Program-made: the position numbers and the translations under genes
NCBI GenBank assembly: GCA_010093705.1
Contig: MU006089.1
Span: 2,281,561-2,345,560, forward strand
DNA length: 64,000 bases
Source: Patellaria atrata CBS 101060
Lineage: Eukaryota
Direction: 5' to 3'
Shown here: positions 37,912 through 49,485 of the stretch, one piece after another
How positions within the stretch are numbered: the first letter of the stretch is position 1
How the letters are laid out: every line of letters starts with the position of its first letter
Notes under the pieces: generated by a model
Told to the model about the DNA's origin: nothing
The model's database searches: none
What the model saw: the letters and a program-made list of their open reading frames with translations, nothing else

Positions 37912-39751
37912 TGTGCATGGATTGACAGTATGCCACTCATGTATGGAATTAATAAGGCTTTAGAAGCTTCGACCAATGAATATCATTATTGAGTCCAGTC
38001 ACCGTCGGGTGAGAAGGAAAATCCTAACGTACAATAGAATGTAATACAATTCATAGTTAGCTCGATACTGGAATTGAGAATGTCTACGGGTATGGCTAAC
38101 AGAATGATAAAGCTTGAAGGCTACGAAACCAAAGAGACCAAGGTAAAACACACGTAAGAGAAAAGAGCAAGAAAAGAGGTAGAGCAGGTGAAAAGCTGTT
38201 CGGAACGTATACACCGGAGGGAGCATAAAAAGGGAATAGCGCGTGCTGCATGGTTAAATCCCCGCGCAGAATTTGATGAAGCTTTTGGCATTTTGGCAAT
38301 GCTTGCACGGCTTGTCAAAGGTTCGGGGCAAACGCTACCGGGAAGATTTAATCCACTATGAATCTTCTATAAGCATCTTGTAGGGTACGCTTTTCATCAA
38401 GAGCACTCCCACTCATCGCATAGAGCTTTGTCGTGTTAAGGAGTATGATAACCGGATAAATAATAATACTATGCAGTCCACAGAGAGCAAAATCGCCTGT
38501 CAGAGTTGAATGGGCGAAGTATGCGTGAGATCTTGGAATCTCCCATCTGAGAGCCAGCTTCAGTATGAGCCAGAGCTTTCCAATTCAGATGTAGATGGGC
38601 TCTCGATATGGAGCTTATTGGATCTTCGTTATCCAGAGTTCGACAAGGTTTCGACATTCTCGACGCCTTAGATCCTGTTGTAGCCCTGTTACTTCAGTAA
38701 TCAGCATGTGTGCAATGTATCGTGCAGTAGTTGGACTCTTCCAACCCTGACCCTAGAGAACAGCTCACGAATACACCACCTGGAATTCGAGATTCTGGTC
38801 GTGCAGCATGGTGCTGATGATATGTAGACGAGCAGGCCCCGAGTAGGACAGGATGCATTGATCTACATACAGTACAGAATACATGAGTTGGTTGAAGTGA
38901 GGTGGTTAAGAAAAGATAAAAAAGAAGCAGGCTTGAACATTTCGGGCTTCGGGTTGCAAGCGAACGTTGCATCACGAAATGTGGCGTCCCCCAGGTGCGC
39001 CTTTCCCGCCCTCAAGACAACTTTGATCGACATTTGCCGAACCTTCAGCGGGGTGTATTGACACGAGACTTGGTTGGCCGCTTTCCCCGGATTCCTCCCT
39101 AAGACTCCTTACGCTTTGGTCTGATTTGGATGTTGAAATAGTGTGAAGGGGTCTCATGATGTGCGTGTGGGATGGGACCATTATTTCTGAATGATAAAAC
39201 GAACTCTGTTACTCGTGGGACGGGTTCTGGAGAGGGTGCAGAAGAACGATATCCTAGGAAGCATGTGAGAAAGGGTTCACGAATTAGAGATCCGTATCGT
39301 CGGTGCCCGTCTTTCACTCAGCAAGGGATAGTGATGTCGTGTTAAGTGGATCATCTCAGCCTGCGACCAGGCGCTTGGGGAATCATCTTTTGCTCGATCC
39401 AAGATTCCGGATCTATTACATGACTGATATTAAGGTAAAGAGTCCTAGCGATTTCACCATGATAGAGGTTCACATTGGAAACATCCTTCGATGAGGAGCT
39501 GACTAGATAAATGGGCAGCTTGGATATTTGAGATCTTTGCTAAACCCTACGCGGGCTCAAATATCCATCAGTTCCCAATTTTTTTTTTCCACTTCAATTC
39601 TGATATCAAGCTCAAGTTCAAGACAGAGTTTGAGCCTGCCTTGCTGTATTGAGCCTCATAAGCCATAGAGAACACGTCCATATCAACCAATATCATACAC
39701 TAGCTTCTGACTGCTGACGAGACAGCTTGATCACTCTCCTTCGCAGTTGTC

Positions 39752-42080
39752 TTACGTACCTGTACCACTATTCTTCGGATATAAGTTCTTCGTTGCTTTG
39801 TCAAATCGTGTAGCTGCTTTCACTAAAACGATGAAATCATGCCTCTGCTCGCTGCTCTTGATTCTTGCTTTGAATAAAGTAATTAGCTGGGATAGTGGAA
39901 TGCCTGATGCTGGAACTGCCGCAGCAATTTCCTCGGTCGTTGGAAGAGCTGGAAGAGCTGAAGCTGGTACATGTTAGCGTGCTAATTAAAGAGACGTACT
40001 CCAGATTTCTCCTTCAGAATGAATATTTGAAAAGAATAGAGTAAGCAAGGAAACGACTAGTAAACAAGAGAAAGCATACCTTTGTTCTTAGAAGTCGCCG
40101 AAGCAGCTCCTGGACTTGTAGCTCTACCGGTGTTAATAGTAGGACTACCGGCACGGGAGCCAGTTGGGGAACCAGCAACACTACCGAGCCCTCGAAGTTT
40201 GAGCTTCACACCCTTTCCATCTCCACTCTCCGAATCACTTCCAGAACCATGTCTGCGCTTCAGATCACTGATTTTACTGGATTCCAAGCTGCCCACTGCA
40301 ATCGAAGATTTACGACTCAAGTTCCCAGCTTCAGGCGAGAGCTCACGTGGAGAACCAGCTACACTACCAATAGAAGATTTCTGGTGCTTGTGTTTATGCT
40401 TCTTTCGACTTGACTCATTACCGCTTGCTTCACTTAGATTGGGAGATCCAGGTCGTTTGAGAGACGTGGTTGACTGCGTCTTTCGAGACTGCTCGAGTAG
40501 AGACTTTGGCGGGCGATTGGTAGGCGTATTTGTGCCTTTAGTTGAGGCACCGGAAGCGATGCCTTTCGCTTTGTCTGCAGCTTTGGCCTCTTCCTCCTTT
40601 TTGCTTTCCGCCTGTTTATCTTTATCCTCTTCATTTTCGGAAGAGTCGGAATCACTCTGTTACTAATTAGCAATGTTCAATCTAAATCAATAATGGAGAT
40701 ACAAACCGCAGAGGTATAGGGGTTACTATCACTGTCCGTATCGTAACGCCAATCGTTCTCACGCTTGAGGAGTGCTTTACGGGTTCCCTTTTCAAGCTTC
40801 CTCTTCATACGTGCCTCTTCCTTCATTTGCTCTTCTTCCTTGTCAACATCCTTCTTGTCGTTCAGTCCGAATATGTTCGCTGAGAGCTGTTCTCGCCTGA
40901 TCTTCTCCTCTGCAACCTTTCCCTCTTCATCATCTCCCTCGAATAATGCATTTTCCTCGTCATCTGAAAACTCATCTCCGGCATCAACATCGATATCATC
41001 AGCGTCGATAGCAATATCGCGCTTTTCTTCATCGTCATCGCCCCCTAAGCCAACACCACCAGAGGGCTTCTCGTCCTCATTCGCTCCGGCTCGAGTGAAC
41101 ATTCTCCTCTGTTTGTTGGCAGACAAGTTTTTCGCCTCCTGCATCTTTTCGAATTCATCAGCCTGGACCAACCAGCGATTGTTGCGCTTAAGCTTGGTCA
41201 TTCTCTCGTCCGCTTCATCGGCCGTAACTGTGAGTTTTCTGTACTTCTCTTTGAACCTATACCACTTTTCTACCGGAATCATTCTGAATGTCGCATTCTC
41301 CTGGGTGTGAAGCATAACATGACAGCCCGACAGGTTGGCCTCATACTGGCCGACCCATGTATTCTTGTTGTCAAAATCCTCTAAGTGCCACGGCATAGCT
41401 TCCTCATATCGTAGTTGCGCCGCTTTCTTTGCTGCAGGAGAATCATCCGTGCGGTAAACCTGTTCAGTCTTCTTCAGTTTATTGAAGTTTTGGGGCCGCG
41501 ATTGTTTGCCCGTGGGAGCAATCTGTGCCTGATTTTCCTCCCTAATACGTAGACGTTCTGCTTTGATAGCCTCCTGTTTCTCTCGCTCTTTATCATCTAG
41601 ACCATCATCTTTCATGTCGACATCGACGACAGATGACCCTGCTCCGCTAGGAGGGGCTCTCGGGTCGCGGCGATGTAATCTAACTGGGCGAGTGAAGGTA
41701 CTCTGGTCTGTAGGATCTACCCTCTGTGAAGGGCTTCTCGATTGGAACTTGATGACATGATGACGTAGTCCTTCAAGAAAGGCGCGTTTTGTTGTAACCA
41801 CCGGATAATCGTGAAAAGTTCGCGTGTCTTCTGGTTGTGTATCCGTTTGAGGCGGACCATTGGTTTGTGCGGATGTGGCGTTCGGGCCTGGTCGCGATGG
41901 CAATGGCTGTTTGACTCCACTGTTTTGCTTTGCAGCTGCTCCCGGAATGATGGTTCTCTTAGCCGCTGGTTTACGACTTATTGCCCTCATTGGGTCCGCG
42001 GGTTTAGGTTTCTTGCGTAAAGGTATCTTAGGCGCGCCATTCGGCGTAGAACCGGTGGCGGGAGCCGGGGAAGCACTCAT
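39752..42080 (-). CDS. TFG1: Transcription factor IIF large subunit (Rap74/Tfg1)
   Basis: ATG 42080. Motifs GLRHHVIKF, FTRPVRLHRRDP, QIAPTGK, LRYEEAMPWHLEDFDNKNTWVGQYEA and MIPVEKWYRF, then an acidic region and a short C-terminal domain after intron 40079-39964. Exact 3' end slightly uncertain. Confidence 0.92.
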
Positions 42081-43065
42081 CGCTTTGGATGTTGTGAAGG
42101 TGGATTGACTTAGTCGCGGTACGTTGGGCACATACAGACTCCTCTCGAGTTGTAAATAAGGTGATGTCCGGCGCGCTTTTGTTGCAGGATTATTTGTCAC
42201 TTGGGGAAATCAAGTTTGTTGCTCCGATGTGGATGATGGGAGAGAGATGCCCGCGCTCAGGGAGACAAGGACGCAGTGCAGGTGATGAATGAAAAGCAAG
42301 GAAGACAAGCAACGCGCCAAAAGATTAAAGTGTGAATTGAGTGAAAAGAAATGCCTACTGAGTAGGAGGCTTTGTTGTCATTGTCTGACGAAGGTGTGAG
42401 GTGTGGGAGTTGAATGAGGTGTGAATGCAGGCGGTGCCTTTCTAGGTTCTGCCTTCCGCTCTCAGCAGCCGCGCTAGTCCACCGTATGCCAAGGATGCGG
42501 CTCTCCAGGTCGAACTAGTAGATAACTAGACCCAATCGAGTGTGCATCTTGGCGTAAGCACAACCTCCAAGGCTTCCTTTTCAAGTTTGTTCAAGTCTTG
42601 TTTACTTTGCTCGCAACGTTGGACTAATCGTAGCTACAACCCTACCTTATACAACTTGGATTTATTTACTGTCGAATTACAAGTAATTAGAACGGACGTT
42701 CCATTCCTCTAAATCTTCGTTGGTCGAGGTTCAAGTCGCTCTTAAAGCCTCGTGAGGTGCGCGCCAGACGACGTCAACAGTTCACTCTGTAATTGAACTT
42801 TGTGGAAATGATATGAAGCATTAACTTGCCCCTCATACCTTAAATCATCAATCTGCCTACTTAGTATTACTTTAACCTGTTGTACATCAGGAATTGAAGA
42901 AACATAAAATACACGTTAACCTCAAAATCAAAACCATCAGACTCGCGCGTTCTCAAATCGCGCTTACTTATATTCAAGTGTGGTCCTTCTTTTTCACCTC
43001 TCAGATCTCATCTACTACTCTCTTTCCATGTTCATACTACTCGTTGAGGACTAAGTTCCCAAGGT

Positions 43066-45337
43066 ATGGCGAACCCGGGAAGTCAGCAGCCGAGGCTGGA
43101 AGACCAACTTCGGAATATGATTTTAGGAAATTCTGCGATGAACAATTTGAATCATCAGAGTCCAAATAGGAATACAAATGCTCCTGTACACCAGGGGCAC
43201 GCCCAGCGCCCAGTTCCCTCAAGGCAATCAGTAGGCAACAATAGATCAACTCAACACCAAAGCGTTGATAGGACTACAACAACCAGGTCATCAACTGGGC
43301 AGCGAGGTCGTCCTCAGCCTCCAGGTAATAGGCCACCTCAAAGGAATCGTAAAGTTATTCAGAACAGCAATAGCATGCAACCAAGACAAACTAACGCGAA
43401 AAAGCCTGCTCAGAATAACCTTGTCCAGGGCTCAACCCCGACAAGCTTGACTTCGGGACCGCAAGTACGTACCTTACAACGGCCTCAGTCTCATCCTCAA
43501 AGTAGCCCAAACCCCCAACGTAGACTACCCCCGAAGCCCCCAGGATCTTTTCAAAATCAGGGAGCATCTCAAAATGGAGCAACACCGAAACCGCAGCGGC
43601 CCTTCAACCAAAATACTCCTCGTCAAATTCTAAACACAACCCCTCAAATATCTAATATAGAAAGGTTTAGCTCTCAATGCCGACATCTGGATGATCTCCT
43701 CTCGGCGGAGGTACCAAATATTAGGATGACTCCCACAGAACTTGCAGAGAAAGAAGCATTCAGAGCCAAGCTTGAAACTATCTGCCAGAAGGCTATGATG
43801 GAAGCGGGTCATCCCTTGGTAGAAAATGTCCTGTTGAAAGCATTTGGTAGCTTCAGTTCAGGCTTCGCTACTAGACGTTCTGACATGGATCTCGTTATTA
43901 TACCTCTACCCGCAGGAGCTCCTATAGATCAAGAAATCCCCAGATTATTTGAGAAGGCGTTTTTGAAGCTCGGTTACGGTGCGAGACTCCTCATGCGAAC
44001 ACGCGTACCCATCCTGAAAATTTGCGAGCGGCCTACCCCCGAACTCTTAAAGGCATTATACAAAGAAAGTCAAAAGGATGAGACCACTACTTCGCCGGAC
44101 GGAAATAACCCTTTAGCAGAGGAAGAGCTGTCACCCATCACCCAAGAAGACCCCTCGAGACCCGAAGTTCAGCTTAGCAACATGCCCGACGCACTCCGGA
44201 CTATGAATCAGCAAACTAGTGCTGGGATAAAGTTTGGCACAGGCCCAGGGAACTCGAATTCCCACACTACCCCTCACTCGGCCCTTATACCTGTTCAAAA
44301 TGGCGATGACGGATGTTCCAGCAAAGGTACTACACATGCTCAACCGCCAAAATCTTTCAAAGTTCAGAAAGGATGGCTTCGTGAGAAGAAACTAGGTCCA
44401 TTAGATTTCCCTAAAGATGGTGTTGGTATACAATGTGATCTCAATTTCTCTAATGACCTTGCCCTTCATAACACGCTGCTTCTGCGATGTTATTCTCACT
44501 GTGATCCTCGTGTCACACCAATGGTACTGTTTGTCAAGGCATGGGCAAAACGTCGTAAAATTAATCATTCCTACAGTGGTACACTTTCATCATATGGATG
44601 GGTGTTGATGGTCCTTCACTTCCTCATGAACGTTGTCAAGCCTGCTGTCCTTCCTAACTTACAATTACTTTGGCGACCTCATCCGCAGGAGACTCCCACG
44701 GAAGTGATAGCTCGGGAGACCAGTTGCAATGGCTATAACGTTTGCTTTATGAGAAACGAGGACGAATTGATTCGACTCGCGGCACAACGCTCAATCACCA
44801 CCAACGTCGAACCTCTTGGTGTTCTGCTTAGGAACTTCTTTCAGTATTTTACTCACCAAGGTCCCAACGTTATCGGAGGAGGGTTTCGCTGGTCCGCAGA
44901 CGTGTTGTCTCTGCGAACGCCAGGAGGGCTAAGGACTAAGCAAGAAAAAGGATGGACAGGAGCTATGACGACCGTAGTGGACGATGTGAGATGCTTTTTA
45001 TACACAATATCGGGAACAACACTAATGATCTCTTTAGAAAGAAGTGAGGCATCGGTACCTACTCGCTATCGAGGATCCTTTCGAATTGGATCATAATGTC
45101 GCACGAACTGTAACACATCCCGGTATCGTCGCGATTAGAGATGAATTTCGTAGAACTTGGAGGATACTTGAGGCGGTTGGTAACCGTCGAATCCCCGAAG
45201 GAGCTATCTTCGAGGAATTGAATTTAGATGAACCCAAACCTGTCGCTGGGACGAACCCGCAATCCTCAGAGCTTGGAAATACGTCAACTTCCGCATCTAT
45301 TCCCCCAGTTAATATAACCTCTAATCAGGATGCCTAG
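43066..45337 (+). CDS. Cid1-family non-canonical ribonucleotidyltransferase (probable terminal uridylyltransferase)
   Basis: Catalytic motif FGSFSSGFATRRSDMDL, third Asp in IQCDLNF, VKAWAKRRKIN...GTLSSYGWVLMV. After intron ~44986-45037 comes the nucleotide-recognition motif LAIEDPFELDHNVARTV. Confidence 0.9.
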
Positions 45338-46007
45338 AGCTCATGGTATTCAGCAATAGTATGACCTCCTAACGAAGATGACACTCCCTTCTTTGTCTAA
45401 TGATGAATGGTATAATATGCTGTCTAAAGTCTAAAAGTATGGGTGTAGAGTAGACACAGATACAAACCGACCTCCGTTCAAACTACTGTATTCCCATGTG
45501 ATCTTGATTCCTGCTCGCTAGATTCTACCTTCTGTGTCTGTTCTTGATTTAACTCGATGAACACTCGTACGCCAATATTCTCCCAATGCCGATATCCGAC
45601 TGCGCCCTACACCCAAAACTCTGTCTTTCAATTTATTAAAGCTTCCATTGGCTCTGACACCCAAAACATACCAAAACAAAAGGGTCCTGTTTTCTTATAT
45701 CTCATGTTTTCATTATTTCAGAGAAAAATACAGGTCTCCCGTAATATAACCTTCAAATATTGTATTTCGTAAAATTATGTTCCATTCTCTGGTGAAGATG
45801 CCCAGAATAAATAAAGCCACCAGCTGAAACATACAGACTCAAGCTTCATACGTACCAATGATAAGACAAGGAGCAAAATGTATATTTTCTATCAGGGAAA
45901 CGGACTTCCATATGCATCGTTAGGCTTAAAGCGCGATATATATCTATAGAGGGCAGGCTAGCAACCCTCAATTAACCAAAGCCTCGCTCCTACGGCCGTT
46001 CTACAAT

Positions 46008-46963
46008 ATGTTTTGGACAAGAGTTCTCCTCCTTGTTGGAGCATCAACGCTCGCGAGATGTCAGTATATCTATTATAATCTTCCAGCATGTGGTGTATGT
46101 TCATAACCCCTTCTCGCACACTTCTATATGCACAACCCCCCTCCACAACTCAGACTAACCCCTCGATAGGTATCATGCGTATCCCTTGCGTTTATCAACG
46201 CGAGCAGGATTGGCTGTAACTCTATCGACACCGCCTGTCTCTGCGCTAGTACAACGTTTACTAGCGCGGTCTTCTCCTGCGTCGACGGTAGCTGCAGTGC
46301 TTCGGATAACCAGAAAACTAGACAGGCGTTCGAGAATGAGTGTGCGGGTGCAAGTGCGTATTCTCTGCATCATATACGCTTGAACACACAAAACTGACCA
46401 TTCTAGGTGTTAGCGAAATTTACACTGCAGACCCAAAATCAACCTCCGAAGTAGCAACCACCCGTTCACGGTCACAGACTACTGATACTGCAGGAGAGAC
46501 ATCTATTCCAATCTTCCCATCGACTGATTCTTCAGAAACTTCCCAGTCTTCCTCGTCTTCGTCTTCGGGCGGCCTCTCCACTGGCGCCAAAATCGGGATC
46601 GGTGTCGCAGTGCCCGTAATTGCTCTCCTTGTCGTGGGTATATTCCTAGCTTACTGGCTTGGCAAACGACGCTCTAAAAAGAATGCTCCTCCCACTGATA
46701 TACCTATGACTGGACCGTCTCCCCAAATGGGACCGCACTTCGGCGGTGGGTTGCAGGAGGTCGACAGTAAGCAAGTCGATGCTGTTAAGCAACCTAGGGT
46801 TGGCGCGGGTGTAGCCGGGAACGTGGGCGTTGGGGTGCACGAGTTAGGAGGGGATCAGAAACTGGGGCAATGGGTGCAGGAGGTGCATGAGGTGCCTAAT
46901 AATGAAACTCCCTATAGACACGGAGGACAGCAGCAGTATGTAGAGCTGAGGGATCACAGTTGA
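46008..46963 (+). CDS. CFEM-domain single-pass (type I) membrane protein, ~275 aa
   Basis: Exons 46008-46094, 46170-46353 and 46407-46963, all with canonical donors, CTAAC/CTGAC branch points and TAG acceptors. They encode signal peptide MFWTRVLLLVGASTLARC, an 8-Cys CFEM domain, a Ser/Thr stalk, TM GAKIGIGVAVPVIALLVVGIFLAYWLG, KRRSKK and a cytoplasmic tail. Confidence 0.88.
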
Positions 46964-47143
46964 ACGACGAAGCAGAAGGGATTAAAAAAAGGCGAAATGA
47001 AACTGAAAACAGAACTTTTGTATATCCTATGCCCTATCCTAATGTGGGCTTTTTTGACTTACCGTAACTCATCGATACATTAGATGATTGCAAGATAATG
47101 CTCACAAATGCCGTTGCGCAACGTGATGTCTACGCCCAACTCC

Positions 47144-49040
47144 TTACGTCCCAAAGCTCTTTACGATCTGCGCGACCTTGTTTGCGAGGTCATCTGCCTC
47201 GCCTCTCGTCGCAGCCTCCGCGTATACTCGTACTGCATCCTCGGTTCCACTGGCTCTGGCAAAGCTGCGGCCAGCCTTGTACTTGCCGACCAACTCGTCG
47301 ATTCGTACCTGTGCGCCTTCGGGAGCCTCAAGCTTTCTCTCCGCATCTACGGCGCGGAAAATGTTGCGGTCTGCGACCTCGACCTTGACGAGCCTGTTCG
47401 GCAGATCCACATAGGTGTTATTCCACTCCTTCGGGCTCCAACTCTTATGAGCTAGGATTACCTCGACGAGGAGCAGATCGCTCAATGCATCACCGACGGT
47501 CTGATTGATGAGATCTGTGAGCGCCTGTAGAGTCTCCAGAGCGTCATGTTGAGCCGGGGATTGCGGCTCATGGGTTGCGATATGTTTTAGCGCTGCAGGA
47601 GAAAAGAGAACAGTGCCGTGACCGTTCGCTTCGAAATAGACACCGATGTCGAAGCGGGCAGCGGCATGGTGAAGGTGCTTCACGCCAGTTGCAGTGCAGA
47701 TTACAGGTAGCCCGAGGTTTTCAGTGATATACCTAGTGCTAGCACCGTTGGCGTAGGCAGTTTGTACGACACCGATCTTTAGCTTTTCCGATAGTCCGGA
47801 TTGACGTCCTAGATCTCCAAGGAAAGATGCTGCGAGTGTTGCGATCCGGTCACCGTCTAGGAGACAAAATTTGCTACTGCTGTCGATGAAATAGTAGATC
47901 AAACGATCCGCATCACCGTCCAGCGACGCACACCGTTCGAGAGTGGCTGCTTTCGAGGATGGAGGAGCACGCTGGTTTGTCTTTACGAAATCAGCACCAC
48001 ACTACAATATGATAATTAGCACTCTGTTATGAAAAGGAGCTTGAGGATACCATGTCCGGTTCGTACCTGCAGATTGAGGTTTTCAGGTTTGTGCACATCA
48101 TCATTGACGACTTTGATGGTCACTCCGCCTTCATCTCCGCTAGGAAGATATTTGATAAGCTCTCTAAGCTTCGGTCCGCCAACACCGTTGGCACAATCAA
48201 CAGTAATATTGCCTGTTGACTTCTTATGCTTCATTGCTTGTCTGAAAGCAGCACCCAATTTCTCATAGTATCCCTTTTCGCTAACCTCTCCATACTCTTG
48301 CTGGGTGCCTTTCGTATTGACGCAACGAACGAGATAGTGTAGTTGTGGGGTGGTCAGGATTTTGTAGTCGGTGAATTCAGTTCCTGTTGCTTCCAGAGCA
48401 TCAACTAAACACGCTACCAACCGAGAGCCTGAGGCCCTAGTGTCCCTCGCAAATATCACTTGTGCTTGGGTTTCCCCTTTAATCTTGAGGTCGGTCTCGA
48501 GCTTGTGGTACAGCCTAAGCAGGTCTTCATCGGAGGTGGCATTGGCGAGCGTCGTAGCATGAGCTTCCCAGGATGACTTCGGATGGTAAGTATAAGAATA
48601 GTAACCGACTGCGAGAACTTACTTCGAGCATTTCACCCTGTTACCCTCATTGTTAGCTGATTTGAGTTTCAAGATACCAGAAATGTGTAAGGTTTCACCA
48701 TTGGGTCTACGAGCTTCACGCCATTATCATTTGCAGGATTGTGACTCGCGGTAATCATAACACCAATCGTCTGCCCGTGAAGCTTCCTGGATCGCAGAGC
48801 AGCTAGTAGTCCCACTCGATATACCACAGAATCAAGCAGATTTCTAGATCCAATTAGTTACCAGAACTTCAAGGCTACGTTCATATCACACTAACGCTTT
48901 CATACGGAACTATAGAAACAGTTAGACTCTTTGGATTACTTAGAACTCATACTGCTTACCCCTGCCGTGCCATACTGAAAGATCTTCCCTGGATTAGGAT
49001 GTTTCGCAGACGCTTCTAATATCTTCTGATCTGAAGCCAT
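47144..49040 (-). CDS. PCM1: Phosphoacetylglucosamine mutase (AGM1/PCM1)
   Basis: QYGTAG|FRMKA, phospho-Ser loop ITASHNP, metal loop [15 protein letters not shown] and [15 protein letters not shown]. Five introns, with 14- and 15-nt microexons. Confidence 0.96.
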
Positions 49041-49485
49041 GGTGATAATTGTACCTTAGAAGGTTGTAATGACCAGAAATATGATATTGACGCTGATGAA
49101 GGGAAAGTGATTGGTTTTTATGGTGGTGCTCAGATTGTGTCACAGCCGCCCCAGGCGCATGATCTCACAAACCTTGACCTGTTCCTGCGATAATTCTATT
49201 TTTAAACACCATTCTCGACAGGGCTGAGAAACAAACTTCATCAGCATCATCATCATCAGCTCATCAGGCCTCGGCTTTTCCATAACCAGAACTAGCCGTG
49301 GGGTTGATGAATTAGTTTCTTCCCATCACGTGAATTGGCATTTTTGCGTTTTCTTCAACGAACGCGCCGGGCGTCTTCCGATCCTGAACTTTGAACTTCA
49401 ATGTTAGGGTTACGGTCTCGAATGAAAATAATCAAGGAGTCCGAAGAATGATCCTCCGCAGACCTAGACAGTCTACTCCTCAGCT
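49041..49485. promoter_or_regulatory. Short divergent promoter shared by PCM1 and MEC1
   Basis: 445 bp between opposing ATGs. Contains CACGTG (~49327) and an MCB-like ACGCG core (~49362). Confidence 0.5.

Noticed and set aside
39964..40079. Possible 12-nt microexon (GAGAAATCTGGA) inside the last TFG1 intron
   Set aside because: The downstream intron would be only 36 nt and the upstream acceptor is weak; a single 116-nt intron already gives the correct frame.
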